Source: Polyangiales bacterium (GTDB lineage: Bacteria > Myxococcota_A > Polyangia > Polyangiales > Houyiibacteriaceae). From it: 64,000 bases of DNA. A model generated the notes under the pieces. It saw nothing but the letters and a program-made list of their open reading frames with translations. It was not told the origin of the DNA and ran no database searches. Made by a program: the position numbers and the translations under genes. The first letter of the stretch is position 1. Each line of letters starts with the position of its first letter. The stretch covers positions 1,321,693 to 1,385,692 of the forward strand of contig OZ245758.1 of NCBI GenBank assembly GCA_965227405.1. The letters are read 5' to 3'. This document shows positions 1 through 9,021 of the stretch, piece after piece.

Positions 1-1066
1 ACACGCGTCGTGATTCGTGGAGTCGTCCTCGCCGGAGTAGAAAGAACGCGAGTCCCATCAACGCGATGAAGATGGTCCCGAGTCCGACCATCACGTGATA
101 GGCGTAGTAGAGCAGCGGAACGTTGTCGGGCCACTGGTCTTGCGGGAACTCCTCGAGCCCTTCGATCCGCGACGCCCACCGCTGGTGCGTCATGATGCTC
201 AACATGCGCGGGGCAACGATCGGGTTATCGATCGTCATCGTCTCCATGTTGGGCTGCCCCACGATCACCAAGCCCGCGCCTTCTTCCGTTTGGAAGTGCC
301 CCTCCATCGCCGCGAACGTCACCGGTTGATGCTCTGCCACCAGCTTCGACTGCAGATCACCCGAGGGAAATGCCGCCATCAGGCTCGCGATCGCTCCCGC
401 CGTCACGCCGACTCTCAGGAAGAGCTTCGCGTGCTCCATGTCGCGGCGCTGCAATGCGTAGTACGCGCCGATCCCGGACATCACGAAGGACGCGGTCACA
501 ACTGAACCGATCATGGTGTGCGCGTATTGAACGAACGCCCAAGGATTGGTCAGAAACGCACTCAGCGAGACAAGGCGGATCGTTCCATCGGCCAACACTT
601 CATGTCCGACCGGGTGTTGCATGAACGCGTTGGTGCACACGATGAACCAACCACTAAGCCACGTACCCACGCAGACCAACACCGCGGCGCCAAAATGCTT
701 CTTGGGCCCCAGCTTCTTTTCCCCAAAGAGCAAGAACCACAAGAACGCAGATTCGAGGAAAAAGGCGAACACACCTTCCATCGCCAACGTCTGCGAAACC
801 ACACCGCCCGCAGCCTCACTAAAGCGAGCCCAGTTCGTACCGAACTGAAACTCCATGGGGATGCCGGTGACAACACCCATCACAAAGGTGACGCCGAAGA
901 TCTTGATCCAAAAACGGGCAGACTCGTTCGCGCGCTCATTTCCGCGCAGTCCCAGGTACTTGAGCACAGCAATCAGCAGTGCCAACCCCATCGTCAGCTG
1001 GGGAAAGAGATAGTGAAACACGATCGTGAACGCGAAATGGAACCGATGGGCGTCGAGCGCGTCCAT
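1..1066 (-). CDS. cydA: Cytochrome bd ubiquinol oxidase subunit I (partial; 3' end beyond the window edge)
   Basis: Minus-strand translation from ATG (cat at 1064-1066) reads MDALDAHRFHFAFTIVFHYLFPQLTMGLALLIAV...GTNWARFSEAAGGV...; this is the CydA N-terminus and Q-loop. It is absent from the ORF track because there is no in-window stop. Confidence 0.85.
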   Translation of the reverse strand, partial: MDALDAHRFHFAFTIVFHYLFPQLTMGLALLIAVLKYLGLRGNERANESARFWIKIFGVTFVMGVVTGIPMEFQFGTNWARFSEAAGGVVSQTLAMEGVFAFFLESAFLWFLLFGEKKLGPKKHFGAAVLVCVGTWLSGWFIVCTNAFMQHPVGHEVLADGTIRLVSLSAFLTNPWAFVQYAHTMIGSVVTASFVMSGIGAYYALQRRDMEHAKLFLRVGVTAGAIASLMAAFPSGDLQSKLVAEHQPVTFAAMEGHFQTEEGAGLVIVGQPNMETMTIDNPIVAPRMLSIMTHQRWASRIEGLEEFPQDQWPDNVPLLYYAYHVMVGLGTIFIALMGLAFFLLRRGRLHESRRV

Positions 1067-1156
1067 ACGCGTAGAGTGGGGTCAGATGCGTCAATCGCAC
1101 AATGGCAATGGCACGAAGTGAACAATCTCCGCACCGAGAGCTGGTAGGCTCACCGC

Positions 1157-1498
1157 GTGGGATTCGTCGCCATGTGTGGTGGAGCGATTGCGATGCTCGT
1201 CGCGATGGTGCCCGGCATCATCGCCCTGATCGTGCACAAACGCGCGCGTGATCGAGGCCATGGTTCGTGGCCGATCTACATCGCCATCACCATCACGACG
1301 ATTCTTGTGTGTATCGGAATTGCTGCCGCGCTGATGTTTGCGTTCGAAGGCGGTCAGGGCGCGCCGACGGAAGAACAGTACACCGCGCTGATGCTCTCGT
1401 TTGCGATCTGCTTTGCCGGTCCTGGGCTGGGGATGTCACTGGGTGCGTTCGCGTTGCTCAAACGCGGTCCGGCGGGTCCGCTTTCGCCTCGCGGCTAA
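1157..1498 (+). CDS. Small integral membrane protein (about 3 TM helices), hypothetical
   Basis: 113-aa ORF with hydrophobic helices (MVPGIIALIV, ITTILVCIGIAAALMF, ALMLSFAICFAGPGLG). Divergent from cydA. High GC3. Confidence 0.5.
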   Translation: MGFVAMCGGAIAMLVAMVPGIIALIVHKRARDRGHGSWPIYIAITITTILVCIGIAAALMFAFEGGQGAPTEEQYTALMLSFAICFAGPGLGMSLGAFALLKRGPAGPLSPRG

Positions 1499-2255
1499 CC
1501 GGTACTGCCGCGATCCGTTCAGCAAGCCATTCCGCTGCAGCACGAGAATCTGCCGGGAGAGTGAGAGTCCCGTCGCCATCCGTGATTTCGACACGTCCTT
1601 CGCGCACGCTGACTTCGGTGTCGACGCGAACGAAAAGCCGTCGTCGACGACCCCGCTCGACATCGATCGTTTCCGCGTCGACGCGAACTTTCGTCGCGGG
1701 CCAGCGTTTGGAGGCCAGCCAGCGCCCCAAATACTCCACTCCGATCCACGCACCGGCGACACCGAACATCGCCATCATGATGATGACGGGATGAACGTCG
1801 AGCGCGACCAAGCCGACGATGGTCGCCACCTGGGTGAACGCAAAACGTTTTAGCTCGGACCACCCGAACGGCAGAAACCGATCCCACTCGACATCCAACA
1901 CCGTCGTGGTGGCAGCTGCATGACGAAGACTCCGTTCGATCTCGGTGAAGCGACGGCGGAGCCGATAGCGAAACGAACCCCAGTTGTCCCAGTGCACTTT
2001 GGTCTGTTCGGGCTCGCCTCTCCAAACGAGTCGTTTGCGAGCGAAACGCACCTCGACTTCGCAGTCCGTGCATCGCGCTGTGCCTTCCAGATCGGGGAGC
2101 GTCGGCTCACCACAGTAGCGGCACTCAATCGGCGTCTTCTTTTCGCAGCCGGAGCACACGTAGACGAGCCCTTCGCTCGGATCACTCACCCGTCCAAGGG
2201 GGCGATTGCAGTCGGCGCAACGCTGCACACGCCCATCGTCGGGGACGGCATGCAT
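1458..2255 (-). CDS. Zinc-ribbon (multiple CxxC) membrane protein, hypothetical
   Basis: Start placed at MHAVPDDG (cat 2253-2255). CADCNRP, CSGCEKK, CRYCGEP and CTDCEV pairs, then a TM segment VATIVGLVALDVHPVIIMMAMFGVAGAWIG. Confidence 0.55.
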   Translation of the reverse strand: MHAVPDDGRVQRCADCNRPLGRVSDPSEGLVYVCSGCEKKTPIECRYCGEPTLPDLEGTARCTDCEVEVRFARKRLVWRGEPEQTKVHWDNWGSFRYRLRRRFTEIERSLRHAAATTTVLDVEWDRFLPFGWSELKRFAFTQVATIVGLVALDVHPVIIMMAMFGVAGAWIGVEYLGRWLASKRWPATKVRVDAETIDVERGRRRRLFVRVDTEVSVREGRVEITDGDGTLTLPADSRAAAEWLAERIAAVPVSREAKADPPDRV

Positions 2256-2283
2256 CGCTGCAAGCCGCGTGGTAAGGCCCAGC

Positions 2284-3909
2284 ATGAGCGACGAGAAAGA
2301 GGCGGCCCGGCCCGTGCGACGTCGACCGCGTGTGGTCGAGATGAACGAAGAGGACAAGGAAGCCTCTCCGCTCGAACAAGCGATTCGTGACAGCGTTCCA
2401 CCGGAGCCCGCGAAGGAGCCAACTCCTCTGGAGCAGGCGATTGCCGACAGCGTCCCACCCGAACCGATGGAGCCGCCCGTCGCCGCAAAGCCCGCTGAAC
2501 CTCAAGCCTCGTTCGCGGACATGTTCGAAAAGCAGGCTGCGGTTCCCGATGGCCGTCGTTTCTCGATCGGTGACCAAGTCGAAGGCACGGTGGTGCACAT
2601 CGGCGCGGATGGTGCGTTTGTCGAACTCGGAAGTCGACAGCAAGCGTTCTACCCCAAAGCTGAGTTGGTCGACCCACGCGGTGAGCTCAAGACCAAGGTG
2701 GGTGCACGCATTCGCGGCTTCGTGGTGAAGTTCGATCCGGAAGGCAATCCAGAACTGGGTCGCCAGATGGGCGGTGGCGGCGTCTCGCTCGACCAACTCC
2801 GCACGGCGATGGACGAGAAGATTCCCGTCGAAGGCAAGGTTAGCGGAGTGAACCGCGGCGGCGTCAGCGTGATGTTTGGAAAGGTGCGCGGGTTCTGCCC
2901 GATGGGTCACCTCGAACTCCATCGCGTCCAAGATGCATCGAAATACCTGCAGCAGACGTTGCAGTTCCACGTCATCGAAGTGAAGGAACGCGAGGTCGTC
3001 GTCTCGCGTCGCGCGATTCTCGAAGTGGAAGCCAAAGCCAAGCGAGACGTCGCACTCGAAGAAATTCGACCGGGTGCTCGCTTGACTGGAACCATCGCAC
3101 GCGTGGTGGATTTCGGTGCGTTTGTCGAGCTTGCGCCTGGAATCGACGGACTGATTCCGACTCGCGAGTTGAGCTACGACCGTCGTCGCCCCGACCAGAT
3201 CGTGAGCACGGGCCAACGCGTCGAGGTGCTGGTCACCGAGGTAACTCAAAAGGGCGGCAAGCCGCGCATCGCGCTCTCACTCAAGGCGCTGGGTGACGAT
3301 CCGTGGGATCGCGTGGACCAGATCGCGCCGCGCGGGCAGGTTGTTCAAGGCGTCGTGCGCAAGCTGATGGACTTTGGTGCGTTCATTGAACTGGCACCCG
3401 GCGTCGAGGGGCTTCTGCACATTTCGGAGCTGGGAGCGGGAGCGAAAGATCCCAGCTCGTTTATGAACGTTGGTGATCCCCTGCTCGTCGTGGTGCAAAC
3501 CGTGGACAAAGAGCGACAGCGGATCAGCTTGGCGCCTGCTCCCAAAGACGCACGCGCTGGAGCCAAAGCCGCCACGTCGAAAGTTCAGGTCGGCGACATC
3601 ATCGAAGTGACGGTGGAGAAAATCGAACGCTTTGGCGTGTTTGTTCAACTCGACGGTGTGGCCGGCAAAGCGGGGCGCGGTTTGATTCCTTCGCGTGAAC
3701 TCGGTGTCGATGAAGGGTCGGACTTGCGCAAGAAGTTCCCCGTCGGCACTCGCGTCAAAGCGAAAGTCATCGATACCGGTCGGCTCAAGCTCTCCATCAA
3801 GGCGATGAAGGACGACGAAGATCGCGCTGTCTTTGAGAGCTACAAGAAGAGCAAAGAAGGCCAGAGCATGGGCACCTTCGGCGACTTGCTGAAGAAGTCG
3901 CTCAAGTAG
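2284..3909 (+). CDS. Ribosomal protein S1-like multi-S1-domain RNA-binding protein (RpsA paralog architecture)
   Basis: Five to six S1 motifs (GDQVEGTVVHIGADGAFVELG; GARLTGTIARVVDFGAFVELAPGIDGLIP; GQVVQGVVRKLMDFGAFIELAPGVEGLLHISEL; GDIIEVTVEKIERFGVFVQL). Linker SLKALGDDPWDRV resembles the RpsA SLGLKQLGEDPW. Start chosen at MSDEKE. Confidence 0.85.
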   Translation: MSDEKEAARPVRRRPRVVEMNEEDKEASPLEQAIRDSVPPEPAKEPTPLEQAIADSVPPEPMEPPVAAKPAEPQASFADMFEKQAAVPDGRRFSIGDQVEGTVVHIGADGAFVELGSRQQAFYPKAELVDPRGELKTKVGARIRGFVVKFDPEGNPELGRQMGGGGVSLDQLRTAMDEKIPVEGKVSGVNRGGVSVMFGKVRGFCPMGHLELHRVQDASKYLQQTLQFHVIEVKEREVVVSRRAILEVEAKAKRDVALEEIRPGARLTGTIARVVDFGAFVELAPGIDGLIPTRELSYDRRRPDQIVSTGQRVEVLVTEVTQKGGKPRIALSLKALGDDPWDRVDQIAPRGQVVQGVVRKLMDFGAFIELAPGVEGLLHISELGAGAKDPSSFMNVGDPLLVVVQTVDKERQRISLAPAPKDARAGAKAATSKVQVGDIIEVTVEKIERFGVFVQLDGVAGKAGRGLIPSRELGVDEGSDLRKKFPVGTRVKAKVIDTGRLKLSIKAMKDDEDRAVFESYKKSKEGQSMGTFGDLLKKSLK

Positions 3910-4364
3910 TGGCTCGAGATCCAATCCCCACGTACGTGTTCGCGATGGTGGTCGCGCGCCACGAAGGCCGAATGCTCGTCGTGCACGAGCGAAAGCACGG
4001 GGGCGGTTGGTATCTACCCGCGGGTCGCGTGGAGCCGGGTGAAACACTGCGCGATGCGGCGATTCGCGAAACGTTGGAAGAGTCCGGAGTGGAAGTCGAA
4101 CTCGAAGGACTGATCCGCGTCGAACACACACCACACCCCAAGGGCACTCGATTTCGCTTCTTCTTCCTCGCGCGACCGGTGGGCGATCCCTCGCCGCGAA
4201 CCGAACCCAACGAACACACCTTGGGTGCGGCGTGGAAAACTCCGGACGAGCTGAGCCAGATGCACTTGCGCGGCGACGAAGTTCTCGCGCTCGCTCAAGC
4301 GGTGGCGTCGGGCACGCTCAAGGTCGGAACGCTGCCCACGTTCGAGGGTGCGCCCTGGCGCTGA
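3909..4364 (+). CDS. NUDIX hydrolase
   Basis: Nudix box GRVEPGETLRDAAIRETLEESGV (GX5EX7REUXEEXGU). GTG start overlaps the upstream TAG. Confidence 0.85.
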   Translation: MARDPIPTYVFAMVVARHEGRMLVVHERKHGGGWYLPAGRVEPGETLRDAAIRETLEESGVEVELEGLIRVEHTPHPKGTRFRFFFLARPVGDPSPRTEPNEHTLGAAWKTPDELSQMHLRGDEVLALAQAVASGTLKVGTLPTFEGAPWR

Positions 4365-4789
4365 AGCGCAAGCGCAATCGGAATCCCAATCGCCGGTAGT
4401 GTCCACGCGTCCGTCGGGTCCATGGTCAACACCACCGGTGCATAGCTCTGACCCGTGAGCGTACGAAAAGGCCATTGAAGCAGACCCATTCCGTGCTCGT
4501 AGAGCCATGCGGCGCTTGTCGAGGTGTTGATCGCCACCATGATCACGGCTGCCATAATCGCGCAGACGATCACCATGCGCGTCGCCATCGCAAACTCACG
4601 ACCGCCGCGAGCTCGCCACAGCTCGATCGCGCTTGGGAGCATGACCGGAATGACGATGAGACACGCCACATCACTGAGTTTGCCGACGAGCTCGCCACCC
4701 AGCGGTTTGAGCAGGTGGTCGTTGACCGCCCAAAGCGCAAGCGCACCGACGATGAGTGGGTGAACGATCAGCGCGCCAGGCTTGTTCAC
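4295..4789 (-). CDS. Membrane protein, hypothetical
   Basis: 164-aa ORF with 3-4 hydrophobic helices. Shares a 4-bp ATGA overlap with the upstream gene (4786..5301). Its 3' end overlaps the NUDIX gene by about 70 bp. Confidence 0.45.
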   Translation of the reverse strand: MNKPGALIVHPLIVGALALWAVNDHLLKPLGGELVGKLSDVACLIVIPVMLPSAIELWRARGGREFAMATRMVIVCAIMAAVIMVAINTSTSAAWLYEHGMGLLQWPFRTLTGQSYAPVVLTMDPTDAWTLPAIGIPIALALQRQGAPSNVGSVPTLSVPDATA

Positions 4790-5301
4790 GGAACCACGAT
4801 CTCCAACGTCGCGTCATCGGGGTAGTTCGGACCGCTGCCGCACAAAACCCCGCCACTCGGTGAGGTGTCCTCGACGGTGACCACAAACTCGACTTGGATG
4901 GTCTCCGCGCCCTCGTTCGTCACCGTGAAGGGCACTTCACATGCATCCCGACAATTGATCGCCCAGTGATCGAAGTCTCGAAAGAACCCGTCCTGGATAC
5001 GAAGCGGCAAACTGTCTAACGTGATCACGACATTCGTTTCACCAACACCAGCGCCTGCGTCGGGGCCGGCCACATCAAGCGAAGCGCCCGGAGTTGAAAC
5101 TGTGCCTTCGACGTAGCTCCCGTCGGTGCGTCGCGCTGCACGTCGACTCAACAAGATCGTGCCGGTGGCGGTTTCGCCCGGCGCGAGAGTCACCGCGAAA
5201 TCGTCCATCAACTGAGCCGAGCTGTAACTTGTGGCGATCAGCACGCCGCTCGAGAGAACCAACGCAAGCAGAACCTTCACCGAGTGTGCACGACGATGCA
5301 T
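4786..5301 (-). CDS. Secreted protein with signal peptide, hypothetical
   Basis: N-terminal signal VKVLLALVLSSGVLIATSYSSA, then a beta-rich sequence. Coherent GC3 codon bias. Confidence 0.55.
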   Translation of the reverse strand: MHRRAHSVKVLLALVLSSGVLIATSYSSAQLMDDFAVTLAPGETATGTILLSRRAARRTDGSYVEGTVSTPGASLDVAGPDAGAGVGETNVVITLDSLPLRIQDGFFRDFDHWAINCRDACEVPFTVTNEGAETIQVEFVVTVEDTSPSGGVLCGSGPNYPDDATLEIVVP

Positions 5302-5326
5302 GCCCAGCAGTCTAGCCTGAGGGCTA

Positions 5327-6190
5327 CTACAGTGCCTGAAGAAGCGCCGCGTTCACCCGCTCAGGGTTCTCGAGATGCAGAAAGTGTCCGAGTCCGTCCT
5401 GGCGATCGATGGTGACGCTTGCGACGTGCTCTCCGGGATCGGCGAGCTCTGGGCTAAACGCAGGATCGTCCATTCCCCAAATCACATGCACGGGTGCTTC
5501 GATCTTCGTGAGCTCGATGTCGCCCGGTTTTCGACGTAACAACGCGGTGTAGTAGGTCATCATCGACCGCATCGCGCCTGGTTGTCGTCCAGCACGCGCG
5601 TAGGGCGCGAGGTCTTTCCACTTGGGCTTGCGACGCGCGAACCACCACAACATGAGCCGCTGTGGAAACGCGTTGAATCGTCGGTAGATGAACGCGGCGA
5701 AGCGTCGCATTCGAAAGAAGTAGAAGTAAAAGCTCTTCACACGCTGCTTGAGCGTGCCCCAAGCCTTCGCGAACACCGCAGGGTGCGGCATGTTCAGCAC
5801 GATCAGCTTGGCGAGTTTGTCGGGATGCCGCATGGCGAACATCCACGCGGCGACCCCACCCCAATCGTGCCCAACAACGATCGCCTTCGATTCACCGAGT
5901 GTTTCGACGAGAGCTCCGATGTCGTCACCCAGCGTCTCGAGTCGGTAGTCCTCAACGTTGGGCGGCTTGTCCGAGAGGTTGTACCCACGCATGTCCGGCG
6001 CGACCACGCGAAACCCTGCATCGACCAGTGCGGGGATCTGATGTCGCCATCCATACCAGTGCTCCGGAAATCCGTGGATCAAGATCACAAGCGGACCCTC
6101 TCCCTGCGTGACGTAGTGAAGAGTGACGCCCGTGGACAACTCAGCACGCGCTGAGACCAAACCGTCCCAGCCACCGTCGAGTGCAGTCAC
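5327..6190 (-). CDS. Alpha/beta hydrolase (epoxide hydrolase / haloalkane dehalogenase-like)
   Basis: LVILIHGFPEHWYGWRHQIPAL..., nucleophile elbow VGHDWGG, and the PDMRGYNLSDKP motif typical of this family. Confidence 0.85.
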   Translation of the reverse strand: MTALDGGWDGLVSARAELSTGVTLHYVTQGEGPLVILIHGFPEHWYGWRHQIPALVDAGFRVVAPDMRGYNLSDKPPNVEDYRLETLGDDIGALVETLGESKAIVVGHDWGGVAAWMFAMRHPDKLAKLIVLNMPHPAVFAKAWGTLKQRVKSFYFYFFRMRRFAAFIYRRFNAFPQRLMLWWFARRKPKWKDLAPYARAGRQPGAMRSMMTYYTALLRRKPGDIELTKIEAPVHVIWGMDDPAFSPELADPGEHVASVTIDRQDGLGHFLHLENPERVNAALLQAL

Positions 6191-6633
6191 ACCTTCACCT
6201 CTTCACCACCCGGTTTGTCGCCCTTCTCCAGGTTCAGCAAACGCACGCGGCCCGTGGCAAGGAGTCGTCCATGTCCGTCACGCACATCGGCCTGCCACAC
6301 CTGTGTGCGTCGACCCCGAGACATCGGCGTGGCAACTGCGCGGATCGTTCCCTTGCGAACGGCGCGGACGAAGGACGTCGAGTTGTCGAGACCGACAGAA
6401 CCTTGTTGGCCGCGTGCCATCGCGTTGATCGCTGCTCCGGTGCTGCACAACGCTTCGATCATGCCTGCGTAGACACCGCCGTGCACAAGTCCGTATTGCT
6501 GGACATGGATGTCGCTAATCTCAATCTCCGCGTGAACTTCTTCAAGCGTCGCCTTTGTAAAGGTCAGGCCCATCGCCTTGTCCCAACCCTTGAGAATTCC
6601 GTTCAAAAGCGCGGTGTGATCCTGCTCCGACAT
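6187..6633 (-). CDS. PaaI/hotdog-fold thioesterase
   Basis: HGGVYAGMIEALCSTGA and RRTQVWQADVRDGHGRLLATGRVRL are hallmark hotdog thioesterase segments. ATGA overlap with the downstream hydrolase. Confidence 0.85.
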   Translation of the reverse strand: MSEQDHTALLNGILKGWDKAMGLTFTKATLEEVHAEIEISDIHVQQYGLVHGGVYAGMIEALCSTGAAINAMARGQQGSVGLDNSTSFVRAVRKGTIRAVATPMSRGRRTQVWQADVRDGHGRLLATGRVRLLNLEKGDKPGGEEVKV

Positions 6634-6732
6634 TGGCGAATCCTACTGAAATTTGCCCGGTGAGGTGAGTCCGCGCGTTGGATTTCCTGACACGACTTGA
6701 GAGGTGGGATCGATCTGCCGAATGTACGCGGC

Positions 6733-8337
6733 ATGCGGCGAGCGGGCCGAGCAGGGCGAATCTGGCGCCGACTGGTTTTCGTTTCGTGGTGTGCATGCAC
6801 GCCTACCGAACCGAGCATGCCGGTGAACAGCTCGTCCGACGCGGGCGTGGATGCGCCTTTGATGGACGCACATCCCCGACTCGACGCGACGGTGTGGCGC
6901 AGCTCACTCTACTCCGAAGATTGGTCGCCGCAGCAGACACGCGGCCCGCGCTTTTTGCACGACTTCTCGTACGCGGGCTACGCCAACGGGCAGCGCCAAC
7001 CCGAGCCTCTCGAGGCGCGCTTCGACGTACGCGACTTCGATGCCCATCCATCCCGCGACGACAACACCGCTGCGTTCCAAGCCGCGATCGACGCAGCTTC
7101 CGAGGCGGGAGGCATTGTCTGGATTCCTGCCGGGACCTACCGCCTTGCAGACACTCTCACCATCACCGGGTCGCACGTCGTTCTTCGTGGTGAAGGACCC
7201 ACACGATCGAAGCTCTGGTTTACCAACCTTGTCGGAATGGCAGGTCGAGCGCATCTCCACGTCCGTGGCCACGTGACGCACGACGGCGAGGCACTCTTGG
7301 TCGACGACGCAGGCGTGGATCACCGCGTCCTCGTCGACGACACGACAGCGTTTGAGGTTGGTGACCAGGTCGATGTTGGTTGGGTCATCTCGCCGCAATT
7401 CGTCGAAGAACACGGCATGTCCGGAACCTGGCAGGTCTTCAACGATACGTGGCAACCCTTCTTTCGCCGCACGGTGACCTCGATCGAGGGCGACACCATC
7501 ACTCTCGATGTGCCGCTTCGCTATCCCGCAAAGACGCGCGACTTCGCCAGTGTCCGACGAAGCCACGGTTGGATCCGCGAAGTCGGCATCGAGTCTCTCG
7601 GCTTTCGTAACGCCGGCAACGAAGACGACGCATGGGCAGAGTCGCAGTCGCACCTCATCGAGCTCTCGGGCGTCATGGACGCTTGGGTCGATGGCGTCGC
7701 AACGTTCGGCGATGACGAACACGTCGCGTCGGGAGGTTTGCTCATTCGAGACAGCAAGCGTGTTACGGTCGCCAACAGCGCGATGGGCGCCGCTCAAAAC
7801 CGAGGTCCTGGAGGAAACGGATATCTCTTCGAAGTCCGGACAAGCAGCGAGATCTTGTATCGCGATTGCGTGGCGCGCGGCGGCAGACACAACTTCATCA
7901 CCAACTGGGGCTTTGGAACCTCGGGTGTGGTTTGGCTACGCGTCCACAGTCGAGACGGTGAAGCGTTGTCGAGTCGGGATGGTTTTCGCACGTTGGGCGT
8001 CTCCGACTTTCACCACTCACTTGCGACCGCGAACCTGGTCGACTCAAGCGTGATCGACGACGGCTGGAGCGCCCGCAACCGGTTGACGTACAGCTCAGGT
8101 GCCGGACACAGCGCGACAGAATGCGTGTTCTGGAACACGTCCGGTCGCGGCACTCTACGTTCGTATCAGTGGGGACATGGCTACGTGATTGGAACCTCTC
8201 CACAACTCGAAGTGTCCACCCAGGATCCCCTCCCGGACGAAACTCCCGAAGACTGGGCAGAAGGAATCGGTCGTGGAGCATTGCTCGCACCGTCTTCGCT
8301 CTACGAGGATCAGCTGGAGCGACGACTGTCGCGGTAG
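6733..8337 (+). CDS. Pectate-lyase-superfamily right-handed beta-helix protein (secreted/lipoprotein)
   Basis: FDVRDFDAHPSRDDNTAAFQAAIDAASEAGGIVWIPAGTYRL is the rhamnogalacturonase / pectate-lyase-superfamily N-terminal signature. Signal-like RLVFVSWCAC. The start is ambiguous (6733 or 6817). Confidence 0.75.
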   Translation: MRRAGRAGRIWRRLVFVSWCACTPTEPSMPVNSSSDAGVDAPLMDAHPRLDATVWRSSLYSEDWSPQQTRGPRFLHDFSYAGYANGQRQPEPLEARFDVRDFDAHPSRDDNTAAFQAAIDAASEAGGIVWIPAGTYRLADTLTITGSHVVLRGEGPTRSKLWFTNLVGMAGRAHLHVRGHVTHDGEALLVDDAGVDHRVLVDDTTAFEVGDQVDVGWVISPQFVEEHGMSGTWQVFNDTWQPFFRRTVTSIEGDTITLDVPLRYPAKTRDFASVRRSHGWIREVGIESLGFRNAGNEDDAWAESQSHLIELSGVMDAWVDGVATFGDDEHVASGGLLIRDSKRVTVANSAMGAAQNRGPGGNGYLFEVRTSSEILYRDCVARGGRHNFITNWGFGTSGVVWLRVHSRDGEALSSRDGFRTLGVSDFHHSLATANLVDSSVIDDGWSARNRLTYSSGAGHSATECVFWNTSGRGTLRSYQWGHGYVIGTSPQLEVSTQDPLPDETPEDWAEGIGRGALLAPSSLYEDQLERRLSR

Positions 8338-8347
8338 AGTCCCCGCC

Positions 8348-9019
8348 ATGGGCTGGGACAACGAACCGAAAGAGTGGGCGAAGCCGTCGCCCACAATCCA
8401 GGCAATCAAAGATCGCGTCGCGCGTACTGAAGCTGCAGTACCCGCCGAGCTCGACGCGTTGGAAGTGCTCGATCCAGAGTCGGACGCCGACACGATTGCG
8501 CGCTTAGTGGGTTTCGCGCTCGCTGCGCGTCGTGCATTGGGTGAGGTTGCACGGGTCGCAGCACGCCAGAGCGATGTTCCACTTTTGGACAAAGTTTTCG
8601 AAGCGATCGACGCACGCGCAGCAAAGCACATCGAAGTTGTCGCGTACGAGTTTCTTGAGGGCGGAGAGTTCGACGCGTCGTTCCAGGTGTACGTGCGACT
8701 TGCGCGAACCGAGCACGCGTCGCTACAAGCACTCAACAACTTCTGTTGGGCGCTACTGAAAGTGTCTGCGTCGCTGTTGCCGGACGACCTGATTCCATTG
8801 ATGGACAAAGCCGAAGCAGCAGCCCCCGACAACATCGCGATCTGGCACAACCTCGCGTGCGCGTGGGTTCGCTTTGAGAACTTTGATAGGGCACTCGATG
8901 CAGTCGAAGCTGCGGTAAAGACCGACTACGCCGATCTCGAACGAATGGAAACCGACGAGGACTTGGCTCCGCTGTTCGAGATGCCGCGCTACAAAGCTGC
9001 GTTCGCCACCCTGCGCTAG
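8348..9019 (+). CDS. Hypothetical protein with TPR-like C-terminus
   Basis: Start at MGWDNEPKEW (atg 8348). C-terminal IWHNLACAWVRFENFDRALDAVEAAVK...DEDLAPLFEMPRYKA is TPR-like. 11-bp gap from the upstream gene. Confidence 0.6.
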   Translation: MGWDNEPKEWAKPSPTIQAIKDRVARTEAAVPAELDALEVLDPESDADTIARLVGFALAARRALGEVARVAARQSDVPLLDKVFEAIDARAAKHIEVVAYEFLEGGEFDASFQVYVRLARTEHASLQALNNFCWALLKVSASLLPDDLIPLMDKAEAAAPDNIAIWHNLACAWVRFENFDRALDAVEAAVKTDYADLERMETDEDLAPLFEMPRYKAAFATLR

Positions 9020-9021
9020 CT

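Noticed and set aside
2182-3249. 355-aa minus-strand ORF antisense to the S1-domain gene
   Set aside because: Arg/Ala/His-rich, low-complexity translation with no motifs. It lies wholly inside a well-supported plus-strand gene. A typical GC-rich antisense ORF.
6904-7890. 328-aa minus-strand ORF inside the pectate-lyase-like gene
   Set aside because: Antisense to a gene with clear domain signatures. Composition dominated by R/A/V/D with no coherent motifs.
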